From positions 82,037,780-82,083,919 of the forward strand of contig NC_068983.1 of the NCBI RefSeq assembly GCF_001194135.2: a DNA stretch of 46,140 nucleotides, written 5' to 3'. The notes under the pieces were generated by a model that made no database searches, was not told where the DNA came from, and saw only the letters and a list, made by a program, of their open reading frames with translations. Both the position numbers and the translations under genes were made by a program. Origin of the DNA: Octopus bimaculoides. Lineage: Eukaryota. This document shows positions 1 through 11,554 of this stretch, piece by piece. The stretch's first letter is position 1; every line of letters starts with the position of its first letter.

Positions 1-320
1 GATCTAACTCGTCTATAGTACTCTTTCTTTATTTTTTCTTTCATTTGTGTATGTTGTATCCTATCTAGTTCATTGACTCCTAAATACTTGTATGGTTGGC
101 TTTCGTCTAGTTCTCTTATTTCATTGGCTTTATCTAGTGTTATATTGCTACTTTTAACTAATTTTTCTCTTTTCAGGGTTGCTTTGGCACATTTTTCTAA
201 TCCGAATTTCATATCTATTTCCTTGGTAAAGCCGTGTACTGTCTGTAGTAATGTTTCTAGCTCTCTGTCGTTTTTAGCATATAATTTTAGGTCATCCATA
301 TATAGAAGGTGGCTGACTGT
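1..320 (-). mobile_element. R4/Dong-like (RLE-type) non-LTR retrotransposon RT fragment, 5'-truncated, runs off window start
   Basis: Manual minus-strand translation: TVSHLLYMDDLKLYAKNDRELETLLQTVHGFTKEIDMKFGLEKCAKATLK...YKYLGVNE, containing the YMDD catalytic motif; open across the visible segment. The truncated 5' end abuts (TTA)n at 321. Confidence 0.85.
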
Positions 321-330
321 TTATTATTAC

Positions 331-385
<55 letters not shown>

Positions 386-421
386 ATCAATAATAATAAT
401 AATAATAATAAATAATAATAA
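321..421. repeat. (TTA)n immediately followed by (TAA)n (inverted microsatellite pair)
   Basis: Directly visible: tta-repeat 321-383, short spacer, then taa-repeat to 421. Confidence 0.95.
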
Positions 422-423
422 TT

Positions 424-2020
424 GGTTCATGTAGGAATCATAGTTTACAAAGGAGTCATACCCAATGACTGGTGTAGCAGCACCATAGTCAACTGCTACA
501 AAAATAAAGGTGATGCTTTAGACAGAAATAATAACAGATGAATCGTATTGTTGGATCAGGTGATGAAAGTTATGGAGAGAGTAATAGCCCAACTAATTAG
601 GGAGAGAGTTAGCCTACATGCAGTTTGGTTTTGTGCCAGGGAGAAGCACCACTATTGCTATATTTCTGGTAAGACAACTGCAAGAGAAATACATAGCCAA
701 GGATAAACCTCTGTACTTGGCCTTTGTTGGCTTGGAGAAAGCCTTTGACAGGGTTCCCTGATCCCTTGTCTGGAGGTCAATTCGGAAACTAGGGATAGAC
801 AAGTAGTTGGAGAGAGCTCTACAACTATGTAAAGGGATGCTACCAGTAAGGTGAGGGTTGGCAATGAGTACAGTGAAGAATTCAGGGTACAAGTAGGGAT
901 TCACCATGTATTGGTGTTCAGCCCTCCCTCTTGTTCATCATAGTCCTACAGACAATAACAGAGGAATTTAAGACAGGCTGCTCCTGGGAGCTCCTCTATG
1001 CTGATGACCTTGCTCTTATAGCTGAATCCCTTCCAGAACTAGAGAAGAAGTTCCAGGTATGGAAGCAATGTCTAGAATTGAAGGGCCTTAGAATTAATCT
1101 AACAAAAATCAGAGTCTTAGTAAGTAGGAAAGCAGACAAATCATAGATCCCTTCAGGTGGATGGCCCTGCTCAATCTGTAGAAAAGGTGTAGGTAGATAC
1201 TCCATAAGATGCACTCAGTGTAAGCTTTGGGCACATAAAAGGTGCAGCAATATCAGAGGAAGGTTAACAGGGAAACTAGTTTTTGTATGTGGGAGATGCA
1301 CAGGTACAATAAATGCTGAAAATGTGCAGAAAGTAGACTCTGTCAACTACCCATGGGGTAAGCTAGAGGTAGTAGATAGCTTCCGTAATCTAGGTGACCA
1401 AATTAGTAGTTGAGATGGATGCTCTGGGAGCATAGCGGTGAGAATAAGTTTAGGCTGGGCAAAGTTCAGAGAGCTCCTACCTCTGCTGGTGACAAAGGTC
1501 CTCTCTCTCAGAGTGAAAGGCAAATTTTATGATGCTTGTGTCTGAACTACTACACTGCATGACAGTGAAACATGGGCTGTGACAGCTGAAGACGTGCATA
1601 GGTTTGAAAGAAATGAAGCCAATATGCTTTGCTGGATGTGCAATGTCAGTGTGCATGTTCAATAAAGTGTAAGCATCTGGAGAGAAAAGTTAGGCATAAG
1701 AAGCATCAGATGTGGTGTGCAAGAGAGATGAATGTGCTAGTGCGGTCATGTGATGTGTATGGACGAGGACAGCTGTGTAAAGAAGTGCCAATCTCTAACT
1801 GTCGAGGGAACCTTGTGTTAGAGGTAGACTCAGGAAGACATGGGATGAAGTAGTGAAGCATGATCCTAAAACTTTGAGCATCACAGAGGTGTCACTAGTG
1901 ACTGAGACCTTTGGCATTATACTGTGCTTGAAAAGACCCATCAAGCCAAATGAAATCGTAGTCATGGCTGATGTTGGTCTCACATAACTGGCACCCATGC
2001 CAGTGGCACATAAAGGGCCA
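424..2020 (+). mobile_element. Decayed RTE-clade LINE (RT domain to start of 3' UTR), 5'-truncated
   Basis: Translates with stops/frameshifts to IPNDWCSSTIVNCYKNKGDALDR..MQFGFVPGRSTTIAIFLVRQLQEKY..LYLAFVGLEKAFDRVP..WELLYADDLALIAES (ORF 931..1146)..FRNLGDQI..SETWAVT; homologous to the copy at 16764-18446. Confidence 0.9.
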
Positions 2021-2084
2021 TACATAAACACACATATATATACACACATATATATACATATATAAATATATGCATATTTATATA

Positions 2085-2652
2085 TCGTAAATATGAAGGT
2101 AATAAAATGATTTATTACTAGTGGTTAGGATGCATAAATAAAAGTCATAAGACATAACATATTTTTAAAAATATGAGTGTAAAAATATTTTTATTTTTAT
2201 ACACAGAGAGGAGACCATTGACAGGACTCCTTACATGCTAGAAAGTGCAGTCAAAACCCAAACCACGAAAAAAAGAATTCATGAGGCATGCAAAAAATGA
2301 ATCAGTTAATCCCAAACTCAAGTTTCACTATTAATTGCCAAATATACTAATTTGGAATCTGTAGATTGTTAGCAGGATCACTAATTTATGAATAATTATT
2401 TTGTTGCAAATATGTACTGAAAACCCGTGCACAAGACAGCTACATTTTTATCCATTATGGATTCAAACTTAGTGCATGAGTGTAAATATATAGTCCAGTA
2501 GTAAATAAACAAATTTAAAACTGTCCTATATAGCCTCAGAATTATAAATATTACTGTCGTAAATATGAGGTTAATAAAATAATTTATTACCAGTGGTTAA
2601 CATGCATAAATAAAAGTAATGACATAACATATTTTTTAAAGATATAAGAGTG
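2085..2652. repeat. ~95-bp direct duplication (2085-2180 and 2556-2652)
   Basis: tcgtaaatatga(a)ggtaataaaat(g/a)atttattac(t/c)agtggtta..atgcataaataaaagt..gacataacatattttt..gagtgta occurs twice about 470 bp apart. Confidence 0.8.
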
Positions 2653-3215
2653 TATAGTTATAATATTTAGTAGCACATTCCTATATATGGTGGTGGGAGC
2701 GTAGGTTAAATATATAATAACTATATGAGCAATTTGGTTAACTGACCAATAGTATTCTCTTACTCTCCAGACACCAGTCCTACTCCTGACTGGAGTTGTT
2801 TCAGGTATACAGCCTACTTATAATAATAAGTAAAATGCATAAGGAATCAATAAATAATAAATTATAGTCAACTGTTATTATTTAGGTCAATAACTACTGG
2901 TACTTCTAATTATATTTCTTACTTTTTATTTTATTTTTTGACCTAACTAAATTGCTCATATAGTTATTATATATTTAACCTATGCCTTCCCCCTATATAT
3001 AGGAATGTACCACTAAATATTATAACTATCGCAATTCTATTTCTAAATTCTAGTCAGTTGAGAGTTTCCCAGTGGATCAGCATGTAACATGAATTGATTA
3101 TCACTGTTCTCACTTCCTCCTTCTTTTTATTTTTACTTTTATTTTATTTACTTTTCCGCTCTAATGAAGTTCCATGATTCATATTGGTATAATTAATTAC
3201 TTACAATGATAGCTA

Positions 3216-3262
<47 letters not shown>

Positions 3263-3429
3263 GCAGTCCCAACCATGACCAGTCCCACAGGTGGGGTTTT
3301 GCTCAACTCGGGATGACTCGCTGACATCTTGAGCCCCGGCTTCACGGGGACCGGGGGACGATTTCGGTATCTTTGGTTACCCTCGTATGAGAGGAGCATG
3401 TGCAAGCTGGGTGAGTGCCATCATGGGCC
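3263..3429 (-). mobile_element. 167-bp GC-rich, hairpin-rich insertion inside an (ATT)n array; probable short retroelement end
   Basis: Sharp switch from (ATT)n (3221-3262) to GC-rich sequence and back to (ATT)n (3430-3485); several inverted repeats. Strand inferred from the TAA-flank orientation of the R4/Dong-like fragments. Confidence 0.45.
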
Positions 3430-3484
<55 letters not shown>

Positions 3485-3791
3485 GTGGTGGTGGTTAAGC
3501 CTGGAAATCATGCTAATAAAAACAGTTGTAAGTTCAGATTCTGGTTTTTGTAATTAATTAATAAATGATAATTGATGTAAGTCAATTGTTATTCATCAAT
3601 CTTATCTCCATTTTCTGCTTTCCTTGAATATTGGTAAACCTTAGTTTATTCTTGTCTTTACCTATCATTAATGCCAATGCTCATGATTAAACATAGGTAA
3701 TACACCAGTGGATTCATTGGATACAGTTTCTCTCAGACGGTTGTTATAACCTCTAAATTAACCCACCTATATATATATATATATATATATA

Positions 3792-3829
<38 letters not shown>

Positions 3830-3838
<9 letters not shown>

Positions 3839-4630
3839 ATAAATGTGGAAACTAATTTCTGTGTGTCAGTGTGTCACACTTAGACTCCCTCTCTCGCTAT
3901 CCAGTGACACTCCTACTATTCCTCATGATGGGGTGAGGGAGAAAGAAAAAGAGAGAGAGAGAAAGAGAGACGAAGAAATTTAGGGAAAATTGATGATGTT
4001 TTATTAAAAATAGTGTTGATGGTGGCAGTGGGAATAGTAATAGAAGAGAGAGAAAGAGTGGATACATGAGAGAAAGAGTGGGTATGTGAGAGAAAGAGAG
4101 AGATGATGTGCAACTTTGTTTGACCATGTCTCTTTGACAGAAATTTTATCGACTCCAAAAGGCTGAAAGGCAAAGTCGACTTTAGTGGAATTTGAACTCA
4201 AAACCTAATGGCAGACAAAATACTGCTTAGCATTTTGCATGGCACACTAATGATTCTGCCTTAATATAATATAATAGTATAATATAATATAATAAATGTG
4301 ACTGTCAGTGTGTCAGTGTGTCACACTTTTACAACTTTACTCCTAGAGGCTGTAGCCCAACATTTCATACCATTCTGGGCTGAATCTGGACCTACATTCC
4401 TGAAATTTTGAATTCTCAAGTTTTCATTACTGTGATTGTTCCGTTGATTTTTTTATGTGACTTTTTTGTGACAAATTTTTTTGTATAACAATTTTTAAAA
4501 TCTAAAGGCTAACTACGTGAGTAAATTAAAAACATCCCGGGCCAAATCCGGACCTGCAATACTGAAATTTTGGATTCCTGTGTTTTCATTACTGTGATTG
4601 TTTTTGACAATTTTTTTTACATGATTTTTT
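3830..4630 (+). mobile_element. Possible Helitron-like non-autonomous element pieces with internal ~162-bp tandem duplication
   Basis: tataatataataaatgtg...gtgtcagtgtgtcacact occurs twice (~3833-3880 and ~4283-4328); the unit cat(t/c)c(t/c)gggc..aatc(t/c)ggacct..ctgaaatttt..gttttcattactgtgattgtt occurs at 4371 and 4533. Helitron assignment rests only on resemblance of the 5' motif. Confidence 0.3.
4132..4262 (-). mobile_element. tRNA-like SINE family B fragment
   Basis: Motif gaaaggcaaagtcgac..gaatttgaactca..gcattttgc..gctaatgattctgcc, the reverse complement of a head carrying a B-box-like GTTCAAATTCC; many copies in the window. Confidence 0.75.
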
Positions 4631-4654
4631 TTTGATAAATATGATCACCATTAG

Positions 4655-4733
4655 GATATAACTCTGGAGGAAGCATTTGCAACAAATTCTGCAAAACAAG
4701 TCAGAGATCTGTTTGCAGATCTTCCCATTCAGG
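4655..4733 (+). CDS. Putative internal exon, unidentified protein (DITLEEAFATNSAKQVRDLFADLPIQ)
   Basis: caccattAG acceptor, G|GTTAGT donor, locally elevated GC; a second frame is also open. No homology recognised. Confidence 0.3.
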
Positions 4734-4979
4734 GTTAGTTGCTTAAAGGCTATATACTTGAATGTTAATCATCTGAAAATTTTCAGTCTTTGCCTTTTCC
4801 TTATATACATGTATATATATTCTGTATATCAAACCCAAGGAGTTTTATCAGTTTATTTGCATCATTGCCTCTGTCTCTCTCCATATATATATGTATGCAT
4901 GTATGTATCTACACACATACATATACATACTTATACATGTATACCCACATCTATATACATGTACATATATGTATATACC

Positions 4980-5016
<37 letters not shown>

Positions 5017-5974
5017 ACACATACATATGCATACTTGTACATGTATGCATGCACCCATATACACATGCATACAGCCCCACAGACATGTATTTAGATTTAT
5101 GTATATATGTATGAAGCTATATACATAGGAGACAGATGTCTGCAATAAGCATTCATTGTCTGTCATGTGAACTTCATCTATAAATATGATTGTCTTTCTT
5201 TTTTTTTTCATTTATTGTAATCACTAATGACACTAGAATTTCACAATTTCAATGAATCTTTTAAAAGCTTCTAAATTCCATAATTTCCTCAGAAAGTACG
5301 AACAAGGAAATATTCATTAGATTTACCTGGTTATTAACAAATTAAATTAATACATGTCACTTAAACAAAGAAATTTTACTATTACCAGGTCTTTAATTAT
5401 GTACCTGAGTTGCTATGTTTTGGAAGTTCATTGAAAAATCATTCAACTATTATTTTATTAAAAGTTTTTACTCAAATATTGCTGTAAGAATATAGCTCCA
5501 TTATTCAAATAGATTCAGTGTTTTGACTGATTAGATTCATTGTAGTTGTTTATAAATTTGTTGCTCTAAACCTGCATTAAGTTTCAATCTGTAAAAATGG
5601 CTACAGGGTACAGTAGCAACTACAACTACAACCTTAACAATTACAGTGCTTTGAACATGTGAAATTCTGCACAATAATGTAAACAGTGATATACAAAGAG
5701 ATCTTATTTTGGGCTGAATTTTATTAAGGAATTCATATAAAATACGAAATTTACGCATTCTGCTCCTATGTACAGGTCAAGTGATGATACTAAAGAATGA
5801 CATCTGATAATAAATTTATGGAAAAGATTAAGAATATCCCAAAGCTGATGTTATTGATATATACCTAATTGAATACATATTTGTGTGGCCTGATATCTAA
5901 AAGAAAGGGCTTGCTTTGTATTGCATCAATGTAATAAATCAACCATAAATATGTTTTTATTAAACCTTTTAACT

Positions 5975-6350
5975 TTAGAACAAAGTCTGAAATTTGGTGG
6001 GAGTGGGCTAGTGCTCAACTGGTACTTAATTTATCAGCTCTGAACATGAAGCCAAAAGAATTTGAACTCAGAATATGAAGCCAAAAGAAATACCATTAAG
6101 CATTTTGTCCAGCATGCTAATGATTCTATCAGCTTGCTGCTTTTGTTTCTAATTCTGATGCAAAGCCAGTAGTTTTGATGAAAGTGGGTTAGTTGATTAC
6201 ATCAATCTCGCACTAGATTGGTACTAATTTTTTTGACTCCTAAAAAATGAAAGGCAAAACTGACCTCAGCAAAATTTGAATTCAGAATATTAGGCCAGAA
6301 GAAATGTCACATTTTGTTCAGCATCCTAATGATTCTGCCTGCTCACTTCC
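5975..6350 (-). mobile_element. Two tandem SINE family B copies
   Basis: caactggtactta..gaatttgaactcagaat..aagcattttg..gctaatgattct repeated twice. Confidence 0.75.
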
Positions 6351-6598
6351 TGACAAATATATTTCTAATAATTGGGATTTCTTAGCTAAATAGAAAATAT
6401 ATGCTTTAAAGAAAAAAAAGTGAAATGAGGTGTATTAACCCTGATATAATAGCGATATAACATTGACCCCCAGCTGATGAATGGTGAAAATTTGCTTTCA
6501 AAAGATTAGAACTTGGAACCTCCAAAAGACCAATCTAAAAACTGCAATACATTTACTCTGCTATCCTACTGTTTTGGATTATTTCTTTATTCATACAG

Positions 6599-6643
6599 CT
6601 TTATAGAGTACTTATAGAAAAAGGAAATGGAATATTGTCAGAT
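6599..6643 (+). CDS. Putative 45-nt symmetric exon (LYRVLIEKGNGILSD)
   Basis: Acceptor ttatttctttattcatacAG, donor GAT|GTAAGT; only one open frame (phase 0-0). Confidence 0.35.
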
Positions 6644-7455
6644 GTAAGTCCCATCTTGAAAGCATTATTTTTTGTAATGAAAGGCAGTGAAAGAAAATAT
6701 TGGTGCTGAAGTACTGGACAAAGTGCCATGCAATATTTAATTACATCCATGAATTCAATTTCTGCTGATGTTTGACTTTTGTCTTGCATACTACTTGGAT
6801 GGAATGGGTGTGTTGATAAAATAAGTACTAAGGTTCATAAGCAGTACCAAGGAAGTAATGAAAGTGATTTAATTGTCTCTTCCTTCAAACAATAGTTCTG
6901 GTCTTGTACCAATGGTAAAAACAATTATTTGTAGAATAAGAAAAGAAATGGAAATCAGTCTGCTGCTTTGGTTCTGACTTCTTGATACTTTCCCTGCAAC
7001 AGTGACAACAATGTTACTAGGAATGAATAATAAATATTAAATGAAGTGTGAAATATAATTATGGCTTTTGTTTAAGCATTATGTGATGTTCATTAAATGT
7101 TTAAATGTCTGAGATGAGATATTGTTAGTAAGATTATAATTATTCAGACTATTAACCTTGTGTCTGAAATAGAAATAAATTTTTTTTTCCTGCATTTACT
7201 TCTTAATTTCATTGAGCCTCTCTTCATCACATGTCTTATTCTTGAATGCATACTTAGTAGGTCACTGTATTTGAACCAAAATCTTTATTTCTATCCTAAG
7301 GGTAATAACACCATGACCCACTTGGCCACTATATATTGCAGATGTAAATATTAAAAATAAAACCAAAATGTTTTATTTGTAAAGGTCAGATGAGACTGAA
7401 AATTTATATATTTTATCAACTTGAATTGTTTAGGCTTAATTAATTTGTTTTTCAG

Positions 7456-7508
7456 TTGTATGAACACAATTACTCATTCATGCATAAGGCTACAAATGTC
7501 AAATGAAG
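7456..7508 (+). CDS. Putative exon (CMNTITHSCIRLQMSNE)
   Basis: Acceptor tttgtttttcAG, donor GAAG|GTAAAA; only the phase 2-to-1 frame is open. Confidence 0.3.
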
Positions 7509-8518
7509 GTAAAAATGAATTTGGTAATGTTCATGCCTTTCCTAAAGGACATAAGAAGCAAATCTTTGTTTGTCGGTCATACTAACACCATCATATAGTC
7601 CTCAGGTGTCTTTAACAGAGTTCACGATGTTGCTTGCATTTGGACTGGTCTCCAGTTGGAAGATAACTTAATTCTTATGACCAGTCTAAGAAGCCCCAAT
7701 AAAAAAAAATGTGTTATGAGTGCTGCTCTTTGCTCTCTGAATAAGCAATGAAAATAAATAAAAATTAAAAAAAACTCAACTTCAGACAAGAATTGAAACC
7801 TGCATCATAGAGACTCAGCTTGTTGAAATAATTCTTCCAATTTTATAATGCTTTTATGTTATATTGTTAAAGGTAGAACCATATGTTTCTCATTTTAGAA
7901 GTTGAAATAAGAAGATACTGTACTGGTTTTCAATGATTTGTTATATCTGTTATGTCTGGTAATGCAAAACCATACACTGTAAAACTATCTCAAAAAACAA
8001 GCTGGGAGAGGATATGCTGGGAGGCAGTGGTTAATGACACCAGCCTAAACAACTTCTGTGTTCAGGGAAGTGGCCAACACCTCTTGAAAAATTTTACAAC
8101 TATGAACTCTGTACTGAAAGCATGCCATATATCTTAATTCTTTGAAGTTTGGCTGCCGGTTTTAGACACGACTTCACTAGCAGCCTCCAGAATAGATGTA
8201 AGAAGTTTGGCCAGGGGCCAACTTTCTATTTCTAGTTTAAAAAAAAAACAAAAAAAACAGAGGAAAAAGCTTAAGCTGCAGATCAAAAATGCACACATTT
8301 CATACTGGCTAGAGTAACAATTCTCTGTCTCTTTCTCTCTTTCACAATATTGTTATTTGTGCAAAGAGAACTATGGAAAGAAATAAGAAAACCAACATTT
8401 ATGTCTCAGTATACCATGTTAGATAATTCATTCAGACAGGGTTAATATTGAAATTTTCTAAATAAAAGAAGACAATTACAAAAAAAAAACAAAGAAAAAA
8501 AAACAAAATTAATTAATT

Positions 8519-8598
8519 CAAATAAGAAATAATAATACTAATAATAACAACAACAACAACAACAATGATAATAACAATAATAATGATAATAATAGTAA

Positions 8599-8657
<59 letters not shown>

Positions 8658-8690
8658 ATAATAATAATAATAATAAATACAATAATGCAA
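8519..8690. repeat. Compound (TAA)/(CAA)/(TAG)n microsatellite
   Basis: Directly visible; explains ORFs 8518..8718 and 8538..8723. Confidence 0.95.
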
Positions 8691-8853
8691 AAAAAAATAT
8701 TTTAAAGTGTAAAAACAAAACAAAAAGTAATTGAAAAGTTCATGAAGTGAAAAAAAAAAAAACGGAGAGAATTATTCGACTGAGTGAAAAATCTTTCTTC
8801 TGGTAATGTTAAAAATTACTTCCGTTGAACGGAAATTCTCTTGGTGTGTCTAG

Positions 8854-8905
8854 TAGCTATGACAAGGCAGTATGGATTGCAGCTATTCCCCAGCATTGCA
8901 ATGAG
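8854..8905 (+). CDS. Putative exon (AMTRQYGLQLFPSIAM)
   Basis: NAGNAG acceptor (ctagTAG), GAG|GTCAAG donor (weak); phase-compatible with 7456-7508 and 10786-10957. Confidence 0.2.
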
Positions 8906-9377
8906 GTCAAGGAGCACTACCATATTAATATAAGCTTGCAAAAGCATTTGACTGAAGTATTCTCTATTTCTAAACTCCTTTGTGGAAAATCTAAAAGACT
9001 TTTTAGCAATGGTTTAAATGTTGATTTTCATAAAACAATAGATATGGTTTTAAGTACTATTCCCATTTATATAGATAATACATATTTTACAATGTTTGCA
9101 TGTTTGTTAATTATTACAAATGTTTAAAGTAGGCACTGTAAGGATTCGCTTGAAAGAAAGCAGGATGAAATACCTATTTTATAAAATATAATAATTTGGA
9201 AAGATTAATGCTTTCTTTTTCGATTAAACAACTAACAATCTGATGAAGAAAAACAAGATGCACTTACAATTATCTACATTATCAAGTTGCTGTTGTTGAT
9301 GTTAGAAGCCATTATTGTTGTCAAAAATTTACATGTTCTCAATTTAACATTTTAATTTTTTGAAATGTAGTAAACTA

Positions 9378-10627
9378 TTGGGTCATCCCATAAATAATGC
9401 AGTTTTTTCAATTGCATGAACTAAAAATCGGAGGGGGATGGGATAAACTACCTGCATCAACTTGTTATAAAAGTGGGTAGTAATTTTACTTTGTCTTTAT
9501 TCTTAGTGCAAGTCTTGAAGAGTGCTGTTCGATTTTAACAGTTATTTTTTCAAAACTATAATGGAAGTGATAAAGGAGCATACTTGGCATATTTTGCTTT
9601 ATGTGTTCAATAAAGGCAACAACGCAATGGAAAGTGTGAGGAATATTAATGCAGTATATTGGACAATAAATGTAAACGGTGGTTCTGGAAATTCTGAGCC
9701 GGAAACTACAGCCTAGAAGATGAGCCTCATCCTGGAAGATCTGTAGAGCTCAATGAGGATGTCCTGCAAACCACGGTGGAACAAAATCCCATCGTGACTG
9801 TTGAGGAGCTAGCAGAGAAACTTGGATTTGGTCATTCAACCATTCATCAACACTTGTGTGCCATCAGAAAAGTTAGTAAATTGGATCAATGGGTTTCTCA
9901 CAAACTTTCTGAGTCTAATCTCATGCAGAGAGTGAATGTGTGCTTTTACTGTCACATCTCATGAATGAACCTTTTATTTTTACCAAACAGTGACTAGTGA
10001 TGAGAAATGGGTTCTCTATAAAAGTGCCAAAGACATTGGATAGGGAAAGGAGAAACATCGGTACCCCAGGCTAAAGAAGGTCTTCAACCATATAAGGTGT
10101 TATTACCTGTTTGGTTGGATATGAAATGTTTAGTCCACTTAGAACATTTAAACTCAAACTAAATGATAACAAAGAAGATCTACTGCGAGCAGCTTTCACG
10201 GCTTAAGTCAGCACTAGCAGAAAACAACCAACTTTGGTTTCAAGATGAAAGATGTTCTTCCATCAGGATAATGCTTGGCCACATGCAGCAAGGATGACAT
10301 TCCAAAGGCTGGAGCAGTTTGAATGGGAAACGATGCTCCACCCATGATATTCACCAGACATTGCCCCATCTGATTATCATTTATTCCGCAGTCTTCAAAA
10401 TCATTTGGACAGAAAAAATATGAATTCTGTAGATGAGGTGAGAACAGCACTGGAGGTCTATTTTACACCACTGACAAGTGAATTTTGGAAAGGGGCCCTG
10501 CAAGTCTATCAAATAGATGGAAGAGCATTATAGAAAATGAAGGAGAGTATAAGTTAGATTAAAAAAGAACTTTGTTGATCTTAGATTTGAAAAATAAAAG
10601 AACTGCATTATTTATGGGATGATCCAA
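9378..10627 (+). mobile_element. Full-length decayed mariner (DD34D) DNA transposon, 1250 bp
   Basis: TIRs ttgggtcatcccataaataatgcagtt / aactgcattatttatgggatgatccaa, each flanked by TA. Transposase pseudogene 9561-10562: MEVIKEH.., WVSHKL (WVPHEL-like), VTSDEKWV, HQDNAWPH, YSPDIAPSDYHLF with 34 residues between the 2nd and 3rd D; contains stops and frameshifts. Confidence 0.95.
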
Positions 10628-10785
10628 TATAAACCCATATAAATATGGCTGATATAAACTGACATTGAAACAAATATCTATTTTATGTACAATACAGGGT
10701 AAATCTGAAAAACTGAAATGAATTTAAATATATAATGTTTCATTGTGTGAAATATAAATACAAACACATTCTTTCTATGCTATAG

Positions 10786-10957
10786 ATGTTCAGAAAAAAA
10801 AGAAGGATGGAATCTTCTGATAGAACAAATGAGAGTGTGTTGCCAGCTCCTCAGGGATGCACCCAGCTTCCCTTCTCCATCCTCTATGGAGCTAGTCAAA
10901 TTTGTGACTGCTTTATTGAGCAGCTGATCTATGTTGTTACTTTGAGAAGGAAACAAG
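10786..10957 (+). CDS. Putative 172-nt exon of unidentified gene
   Basis: Acceptor cacattctttctatgctatAG, donor CAAG|GTATGT, elevated GC. One frame is fully open (MFRKK..RRKQ); another reads CSEKKEGWNLLIEQMRVCCQLLRDAPSF..ALLSS* (TGA 10925-10927). Confidence 0.4.
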
Positions 10958-11554
10958 GTATGTTTTATTTGAGAAGCAGACAGCAAACACAAGACGGTCT
11001 ATCAAGAGACTACTGTCCTCTCTCTTCTGCACATTAATAGCATACAAAGTATGAGGTTACATTCTTATTTCATCTACAGCAAGTCTTTGGATTATCTAAA
11101 TTCGTTTCCATTCTTAAGTGAGATTTGTGTGTGTATGTGTGTGTGTGTATGAATGTGCGTGAGCATGTGTGTGTGTGTGTATGTGTGCATTAGAGACACT
11201 CATCAATTAATATGCATGCACACATGCTCACAGCTACAAACATGAGTACACAGGCACATATACACACACCTACACACATGAGTCAATGGAGCTGCTATAT
11301 GGTTGCTTGATTTGCTAGGAGTAGCAACAAAGGCTCTCTCCAATCTTACCAAACAGCATAGTTGTGTGATTAAGAAGCTTGTTTTGCAATTATGTGATTT
11401 CAGGTTCAGTCCCACTGAATGGTACCTTGGGTAAATATCTTCTGCTGTAATAGTTCCAGACAAAACAGTGCCTTGTGATTGCATTTGACAGAGAAACTGT
11501 GCACAGGTTTATTGCATGTACATAAATACTTATGTACTTATGTGTGTGGATAAG

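Noticed and set aside
2771-2804. Short GC-rich island with splice-like sites
   Set aside because: Equally good acceptor/donor pairs on both strands and no consistent in-frame link to 4655-4733.
3263-3429. HDV-like ribozyme fold for the GC island
   Set aside because: A partial P1/GG/CAA arrangement is visible on the minus strand, but no P2 or P3 partner could be placed.
5776-5808. Possible terminal exon GQVMILKNDI* after 4655-4733
   Set aside because: In phase, but it would end the gene before stronger candidates downstream; the surrounding frame looks like decayed sequence.
7301-7343. GNNTMTHLA ankyrin-like peptide following LYRVLIEKG
   Set aside because: Similarity to the ankyrin consensus is marginal, and joining to 7456 gives an immediate stop.
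8134-8231. Minus-strand terminal exon candidate (IESWPLAKLLTSILEAASEVVSKTGSQTSKN*) with a possible upstream exon at ~8820-8910
   Set aside because: The acceptor tract is just the complement of a poly-A run, phases with neighbours are ambiguous, and it conflicts with the + strand candidates; cannot be decided without RNA data.
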